The notes below the pieces were generated by a model. The model did not search any database. It was not told the origin of the DNA and was given only the letters and a program-made list of their open reading frames with translations. From Clostridia bacterium (lineage in GTDB: Bacteria > Bacillota > Clostridia > UBA1212 > DUPL01), in the NCBI GenBank assembly GCA_050951325.1, contig JBMNIW010000012.1, forward strand, positions 128,001-192,000: a stretch of 64,000 nt of DNA. Direction: 5' to 3'. Numbering within the stretch: the first letter of the stretch is position 1; every line of letters starts with the position of its first letter. Made by a program: the position numbers and the translations under genes. This document shows positions 52,472 to 62,917 of the stretch, in pieces.

Positions 52472-53312
52472 CCTGACTTTGGTAATAAGCATTGGAAAAT
52501 GGTGCAAACTAAATGGTAATAGAAGGATGCTCAAGAAAAAGCATCCTTTGTTTGAGTATAATAACTATAATTTGTAGTATAAAATTGAATTTACTTGCGA
52601 TTTCGATAAGAAGTAGTTCGTGAGAGGGAGATCGAATTTGATTGTAAGTTCATCTATTAACTCTGATGAAGTAGTTAAGTTGATAAACCTATTATCCACA
52701 TCGGTAAGATTAAATTTTTTTATAAACTTATATATTTCAGAAGTTGAAAATTTATTCTCCAACACCTTAAATTGTAACAATCGCTCTAAAAGAACAGCGC
52801 AATAGCAAATAAGAAAGTGTCCTTTGATTGAATCAACTTTTTGAAGAAAAACAGGCCTAGCATCTAGGTCCGACTTCATTATCTTGAACGATTCTTCTAT
52901 ACGCCAAAGGTTATGATATGTTTCGTAGATATCTAGATCATTCATCTTTATTTCAGATGTAACAAGAAGGTTGTATCCTGCAAGTTCCAGATCTTCGTTT
53001 ATTGCATCATTGTTTATTACAGCCGCGGCTTTATTTCCTTTTTCATCTACGAACTTAACATATTTAGCAGACTCTCCGTATTCTGCCTTCTTTGCTTGAG
53101 AATGTGTAAGAAACTTTGCTTTTTCAACCATTTTGTTTATTTCACATCTTTTTTTATATGCTAAAGATGGATTGTATGTTAAGAGTCTCTTTTCTGTAAA
53201 TTCTATAGTATAGACTTTTCCTTCATATGTTACATCATACGGAAACTTATCAATACATGTTTTATAACGAAATAAAATATTGCCGTTTTTATCTGGAATC
53301 GCTTTAAATTTA
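52472..53312 (-). mobile_element. IS1634-family remnant A: 3' half of the transposase plus right terminal repeat
   Basis: YHNLWRIEESFKIMKSDLDARPVF, IKGHFLICY; frame open to about 53312; end CCTGACTTTGGTAA at 52472. Confidence 0.8.
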
Positions 53313-53538
53313 TCTTACCAAAATCCTTACCGGTGCTATGTTGAAAGATTACCACTTTATGTGCTATAATCAAAAAAACATGCTATGGTTACCTTACCAA
53401 TAGATTAAAATTAAAGAAAGGAAAACCTTGAAGGATACAAAAAGACGTCCATCTTTTCCTTCAAGGCTCCACAACAATATGATAATAACACTTGTTGACA
53501 TAGAATTCAAGCCCTCTTTTTCAGATAATACATATTTT

Positions 53539-55350
53539 GGTCATTTGAATTTTTAAATGCAAAGATACAGTTGCATTTACTTCTTCCGAAGATGCAAATA
53601 CTCACATTCTAATAACTTATGGCTAGAGTTGCATTTACTTTTTCCTAATACCAAATGCCTTTATGGGTACCGGAGGGTACCCATAAAAATTGCGTTTACT
53701 TTTTCCTAATTATGTGCAATTATTTCCTTGTTGCCTGTCCAGGAGTAGAAGGAGGCATTTATGGGTAAACATTTGACATTGGAAGACAGGATCACCATTC
53801 AAAAAATGCTTAAGGAAGGTAAATCGTTTGCTGAAATAGCTGTGGATTTGTCACGACCGGCAAGCACCATTATGAGAGAAGTAAAAAAACATCGTGTTTT
53901 CATCAGTCGAAAAGAGGTTTCAACCATGCAAACCAAAAATGCGTGTAAAAAGCGTTTCGACTGCAAAATCGCGGGTAAATGCAAAAAGCCTTCATGCGAG
54001 GCAATACACCACAAGAATTGCAAGTACTGCGGTGGATGTAATGATTTTTGCAGTGAGTTCGAGGAAGATATATGTACCAGATATGATTCTCCGCCATATG
54101 TTTGCAATAGCTGTGAAAAGAAACCAAGATGTCCACTGTCCAAATACTTGTATGATGCCGAAAAAGCGCACAAAGAGTACAGGAAAAAGCTCTCGGAATC
54201 CAGACAGGGCATTTCGGTAACCGGTGAGCATTTGAAGCATATTGACGATATCATTTCTCCAAGATTGAAAAAAGAACAATCAATACACTTGATATGCACG
54301 GAGCAAAAAGATGTTTTGAACCTTTCCGAAAGAAGTGTATACAAATACTTACATATGGGGCTTTTGTCAGCCAAACCTACCGATTTGTCACGTACCGTCC
54401 AGAGAAGGTTAAGAAAAAAAGCCGGACCTGCCGTAAAAGTGGACAAGCAGTGCTTCAAAGGCAGGACATATTCCGATTTCCAGGCTTATCTGGAACAAAG
54501 CGGTTATGTCAACGTTGTTGAAATGGATACTGTTATGGGAAGAAAGGGCGAATCGGCAGTTGTGCTGTCCTTGCTTTTCAAAAACTGCGATTTGCAGCTA
54601 TACTTCTACCGCAGTACCAATACAGCTCGCTCAGTAGCGGAGATATTTGATGAACTCAGGTCAAAGCTGACAGATTCGGAATTCTCAAAACTGTTCCCTA
54701 TCATTCTCACTGACAGGGGCTCCGAGTTCACCGATCCAACCACCATTGAGATTAATAGAGAAACAGGGGAAGCTCAGTCGAGAGTGTTTTACTGTGATCC
54801 TATGAACTCAAACCAAAAGGCAAAATGTGAAAGGAACCATGAGTTTTTCCGTTGCATTTTGTCTAAGGGGTCGTCTTTTTCCGGACTTAATCGGGAAAAA
54901 ACAGACCTGATTACTAATCATATAAACTCATACCCCAGACCGAGGCTTGGGGATAAATCGCCAATTGCTGTCTTCAAAGCAATATATGGCGATGAAATCG
55001 CCGCAAAACTCGGTCTGGTTGAAATACCAGCAAAGGATGTAATCTTGCATCCAGTTTTAATAAAATAATCATATCCTAAACATTGATAACTCCTGGCGGG
55101 CAAAATGAGTCAAAAAGCTTTGCATTTACTTCTTCGTAAAAATTAAGAAATTATGCAAGGCTAGTTTGTCATGCCCAAAAACATCCTCTAACTGAACCTT
55201 TTATTTTAAATTATAGATTAAACCAGCAAAAAACGCAACGATTTCTCTGTATGGGGCAGAAAAATCGTTGCATTTACTTCTTCTCGTTTGCATTTACTTT
55301 TGCAAATTACATTTACTTCTTCAGTTTTGCATTTACTTTTGCAATTAACC
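53539..55350 (+). mobile_element. IS30-family element, apparently complete
   Basis: Imperfect terminal IRs GGTCATTTGAATTTTTAAATGCAA / GGTTAATTGCAAAAGTAAATGCAA (reverse complement); no clear target duplication. Confidence 0.8.
53761..55068 (+). CDS. IS30 transposase with a Cys-rich insertion
   Basis: HLTLEDR HTH; DDE motifs EMDTVMG, TDRGSEF, QKAKCERNH; INSYPR. Confidence 0.92.
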   Translation: MGKHLTLEDRITIQKMLKEGKSFAEIAVDLSRPASTIMREVKKHRVFISRKEVSTMQTKNACKKRFDCKIAGKCKKPSCEAIHHKNCKYCGGCNDFCSEFEEDICTRYDSPPYVCNSCEKKPRCPLSKYLYDAEKAHKEYRKKLSESRQGISVTGEHLKHIDDIISPRLKKEQSIHLICTEQKDVLNLSERSVYKYLHMGLLSAKPTDLSRTVQRRLRKKAGPAVKVDKQCFKGRTYSDFQAYLEQSGYVNVVEMDTVMGRKGESAVVLSLLFKNCDLQLYFYRSTNTARSVAEIFDELRSKLTDSEFSKLFPIILTDRGSEFTDPTTIEINRETGEAQSRVFYCDPMNSNQKAKCERNHEFFRCILSKGSSFSGLNREKTDLITNHINSYPRPRLGDKSPIAVFKAIYGDEIAAKLGLVEIPAKDVILHPVLIK

Positions 55351-56254
55351 CTTAAAAACAGCAGTTTTAAAAGACTTTGGTGAAAAGGCTGTAAAACAAG
55401 AAAGATTTAAAACTCTAGAAGCGCACTATGCTTTTGAGGGAATATTCTGTAATGCTGACAGTGGTTGGGAAAAAGGTGCGGTTGAAAATCTCGTTTCAAT
55501 AATTCGAGAAATTGCATTTACTCCTATGCCAAGAGTAGATAACTATGAGGAGTTGCAAACCCATGTTACTTCTAAATGTATTGAATACAACATGAATCAT
55601 AAAATAAAGAACCGCACAAGAAGCATTCGAGATATGCTAGAGGAAGAGAGAAAGTACTTATTACCACTTCCTGCATATCCTTTTGAACCAGCAGACGAAT
55701 TAAAAGTACGAGTGCATTCTGACTTAACCGTTAGAATTGAGGGGCTTAGATACTCCGTTCCTAGTAAGTATGTAGGCCTTGATGTTACTGCTAAGATAAC
55801 GCCTTTCAAAATAAACATATACTATCAAGGTAAGCACATATATAGTCATAAAAAAGGAGTAAATCTCTCTGAACATCAATATGTATTAGAGCACTATCTA
55901 GAAATCATTGAACGAAAACCGAGATCTGCACATAATGCAGTCCCTATAAAAAGCGGTATAATGCCAGAGGAGGCTACCCTTTTTCTAAAACGATGTCCTA
56001 AACTAAACAAAAACATGCAATTAGTTAACGTGCTTCTTCTTGGAAAGAAAGTCGATCGAGATTCCTTGATGTGGGCAATTAGTCAAGCAAACAGCACTGG
56101 GAATCCCACATACGATTTAGTATGCTTTTATCTGGACATACTAAGTAGCAAGGATAATGCAAAGGATGCAATTGTGGATGAGGTTGAGATAAACACAGTT
56201 GACCTAACAAAGTATGATAAGTTAATAAGTGCAGAGGGTGATGAATATGAATAA
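55351..56254 (+). pseudogene. istA: IS21 transposase IstA, 5'-truncated at the IS30 right end
   Basis: FCNADSGWEKGAVEN upstream of ORF 55526; YSVP, HYLEIIERKP. Confidence 0.82.
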
Positions 56255-56999
56255 TCTCTCTCACAACGAATTATCAAATAAGATTAAAACGATTGCAAGA
56301 GATCTGAAGCTTCAAGCATTTGAAGAGTATAGTGAGTATATTAGAACTGATCTATCTACTGAGGAAGTAGTTTACAACCTCCTTAAGGCAGAACAAAGTA
56401 TAAAAGACTTGAGTAGATATAGGTATCGTATGAAAATGGCCAAGTTCCCAGTTGCTAAAACATTAGATACTTTTCATTTTGATACAAAACGTCTTCCTGG
56501 TTTAAGCAAGGATACCATTATGGAACTTGCGACATGTAAATTCATTGAAGAGAAAAGAAATGTTATAGCTTTAGGTAATCCGGGGACCGGTAAGACGCAT
56601 TTGCTAACAGCCCTCTGCATTGAGGCAATAACAAAAGGTTATTCAGTGAGATTTATTAGGGCTTCTGACCTTGTGACTCAAATGACTGAATCCAAGAATG
56701 AAAACGAATTAGCTAAATACATAAAGAAGATTAATACATGTGATGTTCTTTTTATTGACGAATTCGGGTACTTATCTTACGATGCAGCTGGAGCAAGTTT
56801 GCTTTATCAGATATTTGCAAATAGGTATGAAACAAAGAGTACGCTGGTTACCTCAAATTTAGCTTTTTCTAAATGGCTCTCGATTCTTAGTAATGACGAA
56901 GAATTAGCTTCGGCACTAATCGGACGAATAACCCAGCAGTCCACTATTCTTAACATGAATGGTGAGGATTACAGGGTTTATCTAAGCAAAAAACTTTAA
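56247..56999 (+). CDS. istB: IS21 helper ATPase IstB
   Basis: AKFP.AKTLDTF, GNPGTGKTHL, FIDEFGY, RYE, TSNL.F..W. Confidence 0.92.
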   Translation: MNNLSHNELSNKIKTIARDLKLQAFEEYSEYIRTDLSTEEVVYNLLKAEQSIKDLSRYRYRMKMAKFPVAKTLDTFHFDTKRLPGLSKDTIMELATCKFIEEKRNVIALGNPGTGKTHLLTALCIEAITKGYSVRFIRASDLVTQMTESKNENELAKYIKKINTCDVLFIDEFGYLSYDAAGASLLYQIFANRYETKSTLVTSNLAFSKWLSILSNDEELASALIGRITQQSTILNMNGEDYRVYLSKKL

Positions 57000-57169
57000 A
57001 ACATGTAAACTAAGGGTCTGTCTTCCTGACAGATCTCTTTTTTTGCCTTTTATTGCATGTGTTCAACTTATAATCAAATATTATATTTTCTTTCTAGCGG
57101 AAACATGGGTCTAGATGGATTGTTTGAGATAATATGGTCTTTATTTACTATCCTCTTCAACGATCCGTA

Positions 57170-57197
57170 CATATTGGATAGAATTCTATCCAATATG
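57170..57197. repeat. Perfect 28-bp palindrome
   Basis: CATATTGGATAGAA-TTCTATCCAATATG. Confidence 0.9.
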
Positions 57198-57317
57198 CTG
57201 TTTATCACTTAATATTCAGCATTTACAAACATTATATATACGGTGAATGGTAACTTATATCATAGCGCTTTTTTGAAAAACTCTGTTTTTAGCCGGTAAG
57301 ATAAAACTGTAGCGTTT

Positions 57318-57943
57318 CCTGATGTTACAAGATTCATCAAAAAGGTTAAAAAATCAAAAGATAAATACGAGTTGGATCTTGAAAAAATTAAAGAGGAAGA
57401 GAAATACGATGGTTATTATGCTATATCAACAAATCTCGACGATGATGTAAGGGGCATAATCGCTATCAATGAGCAGCGTTACCAGATCGAAGATTGTTTC
57501 AGAATACTCAAGACAGATTTTGCATCAAGACCATATTTTCACCAAAGAAGGGGATTCGAATCATTGCTCATTTCATGATGTGTTATACTGCACTTCTAAT
57601 TTACAGGCTGCTTGAGAATAAGTTAAACAAATATGATAAAAGCATACATTGTACTACGAGAAATATTATTGAAACCCTAAGAAATATGCAGGTAGGAAAC
57701 CTGGAGGATGTTTGCTATGCTGCACAATACACAGGTTCCAACACATTATGTGCATTAGAGGGAGTATTTGCTTTGGGTCTAGACAAGCAATACTATCTTC
57801 CAAAAGAGCTTAATAAAAAATGCAGAATAAATTTTTTTAAAGACAGAATCCATACAACATCTCTGAAATCGGAAAAAGAGGTGTAAACCTTGATATTTCA
57901 AGTGTTTATAACCTCTTTCTATTTTCTAAGTGTCAAACACGGG
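57318..57943 (+). mobile_element. IS1634-family remnant B: 3' third of the transposase (frameshifted) plus right terminal repeat
   Basis: DVTRFIK, YDGYYAISTNL, RYQIEDCFRILKTDF..RP, IIAHFMMCY; end GTGTCAAACACGGG at 57943. Confidence 0.8.
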
Positions 57944-58224
57944 ATATTAATTTAAATTTAATATATAGAATAATGCTAATTTATGTTATTTATTGCTATT
58001 CTTAAAACCTATGTTAAGACTGAATGCAACCGCAATATCATAGCTATTTTGATAATCATGAAAGAACGTTTATTCATTTTTATACTAATCTCTGTTCATG
58101 CTAGAAAAACTGACAGTAAGCATCCATAAAAGGTATTATATTGCTATGTTGTTAGATGCAACTATCAAACATCCATGTGCATCTGATCAAACCTATTTAC
58201 ATCAGAATTATCACAAATCATGTG

Positions 58225-58272
58225 AATAATATCGTCAATGATATCTAATCAGTTATCATTGACGATATTATT
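58225..58272. repeat. Perfect 19-bp inverted repeat with a 10-nt loop
   Basis: AATAATATCGTCAATGATA-tctaatcagt-TATCATTGACGATATTATT. Confidence 0.9.
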
Positions 58273-58622
58273 AAGAAAAACACCAATCAGGTATTACTAC
58301 ATGCTGCATGCACTTGTAACTTAGATTGCGATCTGGGTATATATAGTAGCTAATCATGTACTACAATCAAAAAACGACGATTCAAAAGATCATAAGTATA
58401 ACAGCTGTGAAAAGAAGCATAATTACTTCAAGCAATAAAGGTACTGAAGTTTTCCCTCTAGCAACTCGAGCTTTAAGCGAAAATGTGAAGACACTTCGGG
58501 TTTTAGTAAACATATGTTAATGGTTTAATAATTATTGAAAAGAAGGACATTAATTAATATCCATAAGAAATCAAATGTCCCATAGAACACTTCTCAGAGA
58601 CTACAGCTTTATCTTCTTACGT

Positions 58623-59192
58623 TTACACATATTTGCCTACTTTATTAGTTCTTGAATCATCCAATAAAAAAGCAGCCCAGTTAAGTTTATCTATGTCAAC
58701 ATTACCCTGCCAGTATAAAAGCCGTCCTGTATAATAATCTATCTTTTCAATAACAGGATTGCGGTATTTATCTTTACCATATTCCTGTACCATCGCAGTA
58801 AGTTCATAGAAAGGCAAACCTATAGCATGAGTCTCTACATGGACAGTTGCACCAGCATGTCCTATTGCATGACATAAAGCACCGTACTGACTATCATCTA
58901 TTTCCTTTGCGACTGCATGTGCATCTAATATTGCTCTTTTAGCAACAGGCATCTTTATCTTTCCTCTAGCCCATTCCTCACAAAGCTCTAAACATTTTCG
59001 AGGTCTATGCTCGTTTGGATACTTTGATTCAAACTGCTGCAAAGGATCTTTTGCACAATCAAGTGCCCACATAACAAGAGTTCTGTGATTCTGAGCTTGT
59101 ATAAGTCCGATTAACTCTTGTAAGCACTTGCTATCCCTTGAAAACAGCAACTTGCTTCCCTTCTTTAATTTTATATCTACATCAGAAAACAC
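58623..59192 (-). CDS. Imm5-like putative immunity protein
   Basis: HRTLVMWALDCA, RPRKCL...WARG, AIGHAGATVHVETHA. Confidence 0.7.
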   Translation of the reverse strand: MFSDVDIKLKKGSKLLFSRDSKCLQELIGLIQAQNHRTLVMWALDCAKDPLQQFESKYPNEHRPRKCLELCEEWARGKIKMPVAKRAILDAHAVAKEIDDSQYGALCHAIGHAGATVHVETHAIGLPFYELTAMVQEYGKDKYRNPVIEKIDYYTGRLLYWQGNVDIDKLNWAAFLLDDSRTNKVGKYV

Positions 59193-59327
59193 AGGTAGAA
59201 CCTCCTATCGTTGCTGCGCTATCTTATAACATTTTCTTCGATTATACATAAAATAGGTAAAGTGTCTTTACACAATAAAAATATATAAATAGCACCTGAT
59301 ATTCCCATCAGATACAATTGTTATTAA

Positions 59328-60206
59328 TCACCCTATACTCAATAAAACTATACCTATAATACCCACAATAAAAGATATAGCCTGCTCTCTTTTTAACTTT
59401 TCCTTCATTACAACAACAGATACTATACCACTTAATACAGTGGAGCTTCCGTTAATTATCGGAAAGAAAAATATACCGGGTAATACACCTGAAAGATACA
59501 GGTTGACCGGATGTACAAAACTAAGGCATAATCCGGTTACTATACTAACTACAGCAGCTTTAGCTGGAGTAATTTTAAGATAGTTTATATACTCCTTATC
59601 CTTCTTTCTGGATTTCAAATAAATAAGATAAGAAACAACACTCATATTAATAAATGCTACAAAGAGCATAAAGAATCTTTCATCAGAATGCTGAGAGCTC
59701 TGATGCATCTTTTGTAAAATACCAGTCAATCCTGCAAAAATGAATAAAGCAAATGCAAATCCAAACCATTTCAATGTTACTTTCTCCATATGTTTTAAGT
59801 CAGCACCGATAACAAAGCTAATAGCTATTATAAAAGCAGCTATGATCTGCAGTATTGAAATATCTTCTTTCCAGAAGATAACACCTGCAATTGCAGGAAT
59901 AAGCATACCACAGGAGCCAAACATAACAGTACATGCCATTGAACCATGTTTCAATGCCTGAATATTTGAAAATATCGATAAGAAAGTAATTGCCATAAAA
60001 GCAATACCAAACAGAAAAGTAAACAAGGATACATTCCCGTCCCTAATAGTAAGAACAAGAAACACCAGTGCCCCAACCAAGGACACTGATGCATTGAATA
60101 AGAAGAAATCCGAAGAATTCTTCATCATCTTTTTACTAAAGACATTTGAAAACGAACTATATAGAACAGAAACACAAACTGACATGAACAGCAAAATGTA
60201 TTCCAT
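59328..60206 (-). CDS. DMT/EamA-family transporter
   Basis: About 10 TM segments in two repeats; GSMA, FWKE, FFPIING, MKEKL. Confidence 0.8.
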   Translation of the reverse strand: MEYILLFMSVCVSVLYSSFSNVFSKKMMKNSSDFFLFNASVSLVGALVFLVLTIRDGNVSLFTFLFGIAFMAITFLSIFSNIQALKHGSMACTVMFGSCGMLIPAIAGVIFWKEDISILQIIAAFIIAISFVIGADLKHMEKVTLKWFGFAFALFIFAGLTGILQKMHQSSQHSDERFFMLFVAFINMSVVSYLIYLKSRKKDKEYINYLKITPAKAAVVSIVTGLCLSFVHPVNLYLSGVLPGIFFFPIINGSSTVLSGIVSVVVMKEKLKREQAISFIVGIIGIVLLSIG

Positions 60207-60313
60207 AAAACCTCCTAAATAATTAACAGGTAATATTACTTTAGATTAACCTGTTTTCCTGACGATGTAAAACCGTCTACTCATTATTGCATATTTATGC
60301 TCTTTTTAAAACA

Positions 60314-61351
60314 CTAATTTACATCGGAAGGAAAAACTATTTGAGGTTTAAGAATAATCTCTTTATCTTCAGTTTCGTGACATAAATGCCTGTAAACCAA
60401 CTCGGTTACTGTTTTACCCTGCAGAAATGGATTCTGAAAAATAGCAGCACGAATTGCTCTTGTTTTAAGAAATCTTGCAGTATCCTCTAATAGATCCGTA
60501 GCAACAATATTTAAAGAATCAAGTGGTCTTAAATCTCTCATAACACGAAGAGCAGTTTCAGATGAAGCCGTTGCCAAATAAACACCCGAAACATCAGGAT
60601 GTTCATTAAGCATTTTTCTTGTTGTCTCCTCTACCAGGTGGGCTTCATCATAATGAGTATATACCTCAACTGATTCAAATGGACATTCTTCATTTATTTT
60701 TCCGAACCCTTTCAGGTATCCTTTATGAGGTGTCATAGTAGTAGTTCCTATAAGTATCCCTACCTTTTTTCCGGGACAGCAAAGATTCATTATCTCGCCG
60801 GCTAAATGCCCTACCACTTCTGAATCAATTCCAACGTGAAGTACATCTACACCGCTAACACGTGAAGTAACACAAGCAACCAGGATCTTCTTTGCCTGCA
60901 ATTTCAGCACATAATTTTTCATGGTATCATCATCAGATGCTGAATGCAAAATAACTGCGTCAATTTCTTCATTTATATACTGTTTTGCAGTCTCGTCAAG
61001 TTTGGAACTAAAATCTTCACTATATGGATTTAATGTTGTAAAATAGTCTCCAACTATATTAAACTCCCCTATTTGCTCTAAACTACTCCTGATCCCTGCT
61101 ATAACATCTTTCCCGAACTCATGCACAGTACAACAGTCTATTACAGCGATATGAAATGTCTTGCGTCTCATACTCTGTGCTACAGGATTAAGCTTAAAGT
61201 TCATCTTCTCCGCCATTTCTAACACTCTTTTTTTAGTCTCAGGGCTGATATCCGGTTTATCATGAAGAGCCCGGTTGACTGTACCGCTTGATACTCCTAA
61301 AGCTTTAGCAAGATCATATATCGTAGGTATTTTCTTTTTGTTTGTAGCCAT
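60314..61351 (-). CDS. LacI-family transcriptional regulator
   Basis: TIYDLAKALGVSSGTVNRALH HTH; sugar-binding domain, IFQNPFLQG. Confidence 0.92.
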   Translation of the reverse strand: MATNKKKIPTIYDLAKALGVSSGTVNRALHDKPDISPETKKRVLEMAEKMNFKLNPVAQSMRRKTFHIAVIDCCTVHEFGKDVIAGIRSSLEQIGEFNIVGDYFTTLNPYSEDFSSKLDETAKQYINEEIDAVILHSASDDDTMKNYVLKLQAKKILVACVTSRVSGVDVLHVGIDSEVVGHLAGEIMNLCCPGKKVGILIGTTTMTPHKGYLKGFGKINEECPFESVEVYTHYDEAHLVEETTRKMLNEHPDVSGVYLATASSETALRVMRDLRPLDSLNIVATDLLEDTARFLKTRAIRAAIFQNPFLQGKTVTELVYRHLCHETEDKEIILKPQIVFPSDVN

Positions 61352-61436
61352 TTAATTTTACTCCTTAAAAATGGTATAAAGTAATTATATATGTGTGAAT
61401 TACAATGTCAAATGTGTTGAATACAAGCAGTTATGG

Positions 61437-61473
61437 AAAGCGAGATATTTCATATCCGGCAATATCTCGCTTT
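61437..61473 (-). terminator. Hairpin terminator after the NPCBM genes
   Basis: AAAGCGAGATATT...AATATCTCGCTTT. Confidence 0.7.
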
Positions 61474-61510
61474 TACATTTTTATCTCAGCTCATTAAAGC
61501 TGATATATAT

Positions 61511-62917
61511 TTAAGCAATCACTTTTCTTCTAAATATCACAGCACCTGAAATTGCAAAGAATAAAACTGTAAGAATACCAATCCAGCTGCTGTCCCCAGT
61601 CGAAGGATTCTCTGTAATGGGAGCATCAAGAGGCATATTAAACATCATCAGATTAACCCAATCACTGGCATCACAGGTAATACCATCTACATCATTAACT
61701 TTAAGCTGAACTGTCTTTACTCCGTCAAGACTTATAATATAATGAAAACAAGTGCCATAGAAAACATTACCGGAATCAGCAACCGTAACCCCGTCTGCTA
61801 AAACATTAAAAGAAACTGCACATTGGTTAAGCATAGCTTCGACACCCCATGCATTGGTACAGGATAAATCCTTACCACATGTTATCGTCATATACTTATA
61901 ACCACAACCCTCAACATTTAAATCAATTATCGCGCCTGAACCATCTGCAGCAGGATGTACACCAAATCCGGAGGTATACTGTTTTCCTGCTATATTTAGT
62001 TCTCCTCCATCACAGTTCTTATTTACACCTGGATTTGCAGTATATCCTGAGTAATTTGAAATTAAAGAATCTGTTACATACTCAGCTTCATCAGTAACAT
62101 AAATCTCAAACCGGCACGTTTTACCCTTTGTTGTAACAGTAACATTTTGCTTCCCTGCATTCGAAAGATCATACCCTGAAAGCATTGATTCTGAGAGTTC
62201 CGTAACAGTGCTTGATCCATCAGAATAATTGATCTTTACCATTGCACCGTTAATATCAAGCTGCTCATTAACCTTATATGCACACCTTGGCAAATTAGCC
62301 ATTTCTATTCCTGTTACTGTGAGTTTTACAAGTTTTGCATCTGCCCAGGCTGTAGTATCACAGTAAATTCCATCTCCGCCATCACCACTGACGATCTTAA
62401 GTTCCTTTGCATCTGTAATATCAACATCTATAGTATATGTTGACGGATATGGCAGATTTCCACTTGATACTATAAGTACGCCATCTACATATACCTGTAC
62501 ATTAATATTTGTTCCGACAATTCCTTCTTCACCTACAGCTGCACCGGCAGATTTATCTTTACCAACAATAGCTCTAAAGTTTGTATATCCCAGTCCATCA
62601 ATGTTGTATGTAACAGTCCCGGGACCATTAAAACCGGGATGTGTGATCAATCCCTTATCATACTCCGTACCACCGATATTGATTTTCCCGCCTGATTCAG
62701 TCTTGTCATTTATAAATAGCAGACAGTTCTCATCAGCCACTCCGTTCATGTCACTAAGATATGTTACATTCTCTGCATAATTTGCGACCGGTGCGGTGTG
62801 GGCAGTAATCAGGTTCATGTCACTAAGATATGTTACATTCTCTGCATAAGTTGATACGACACATAATGCGATCACAAAAAATGCACATAGTGTTATTAGA
62901 ATACTCTTCTTTTTCAC
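61511..62917 (-). CDS. Surface protein: NPCBM/NEW2 - bacterial Ig-like - NPCBM, with sortase-like anchor
   Basis: Signal peptide; YLSDM, YDKGLITH, DGGDG..CD..WADAKL; Big-like Y.VNEQLDING...YSDGS; NPSTG plus TM helix and RRK. Confidence 0.8.
   Translation of the reverse strand: MKKKSILITLCAFFVIALCVVSTYAENVTYLSDMNLITAHTAPVANYAENVTYLSDMNGVADENCLLFINDKTESGGKINIGGTEYDKGLITHPGFNGPGTVTYNIDGLGYTNFRAIVGKDKSAGAAVGEEGIVGTNINVQVYVDGVLIVSSGNLPYPSTYTIDVDITDAKELKIVSGDGGDGIYCDTTAWADAKLVKLTVTGIEMANLPRCAYKVNEQLDINGAMVKINYSDGSSTVTELSESMLSGYDLSNAGKQNVTVTTKGKTCRFEIYVTDEAEYVTDSLISNYSGYTANPGVNKNCDGGELNIAGKQYTSGFGVHPAADGSGAIIDLNVEGCGYKYMTITCGKDLSCTNAWGVEAMLNQCAVSFNVLADGVTVADSGNVFYGTCFHYIISLDGVKTVQLKVNDVDGITCDASDWVNLMMFNMPLDAPITENPSTGDSSWIGILTVLFFAISGAVIFRRKVIA

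Noticed and set aside
55268-55345. CRISPR or iteron array
   Set aside because: Period of about 20 bp with no unique spacers; the motif is part of the IS30 terminal repeat.
58623-59192. Toxin-immunity system around the Imm5-like gene
   Set aside because: No adjacent toxin gene; this family often occurs alone.
62744-62849. Mini CRISPR array (37-bp repeat, 32-bp spacer, starts GTT)
   Set aside because: Only two copies, in frame within a CDS, encoding the NPCBM YLSD motif; no cas genes or leader.
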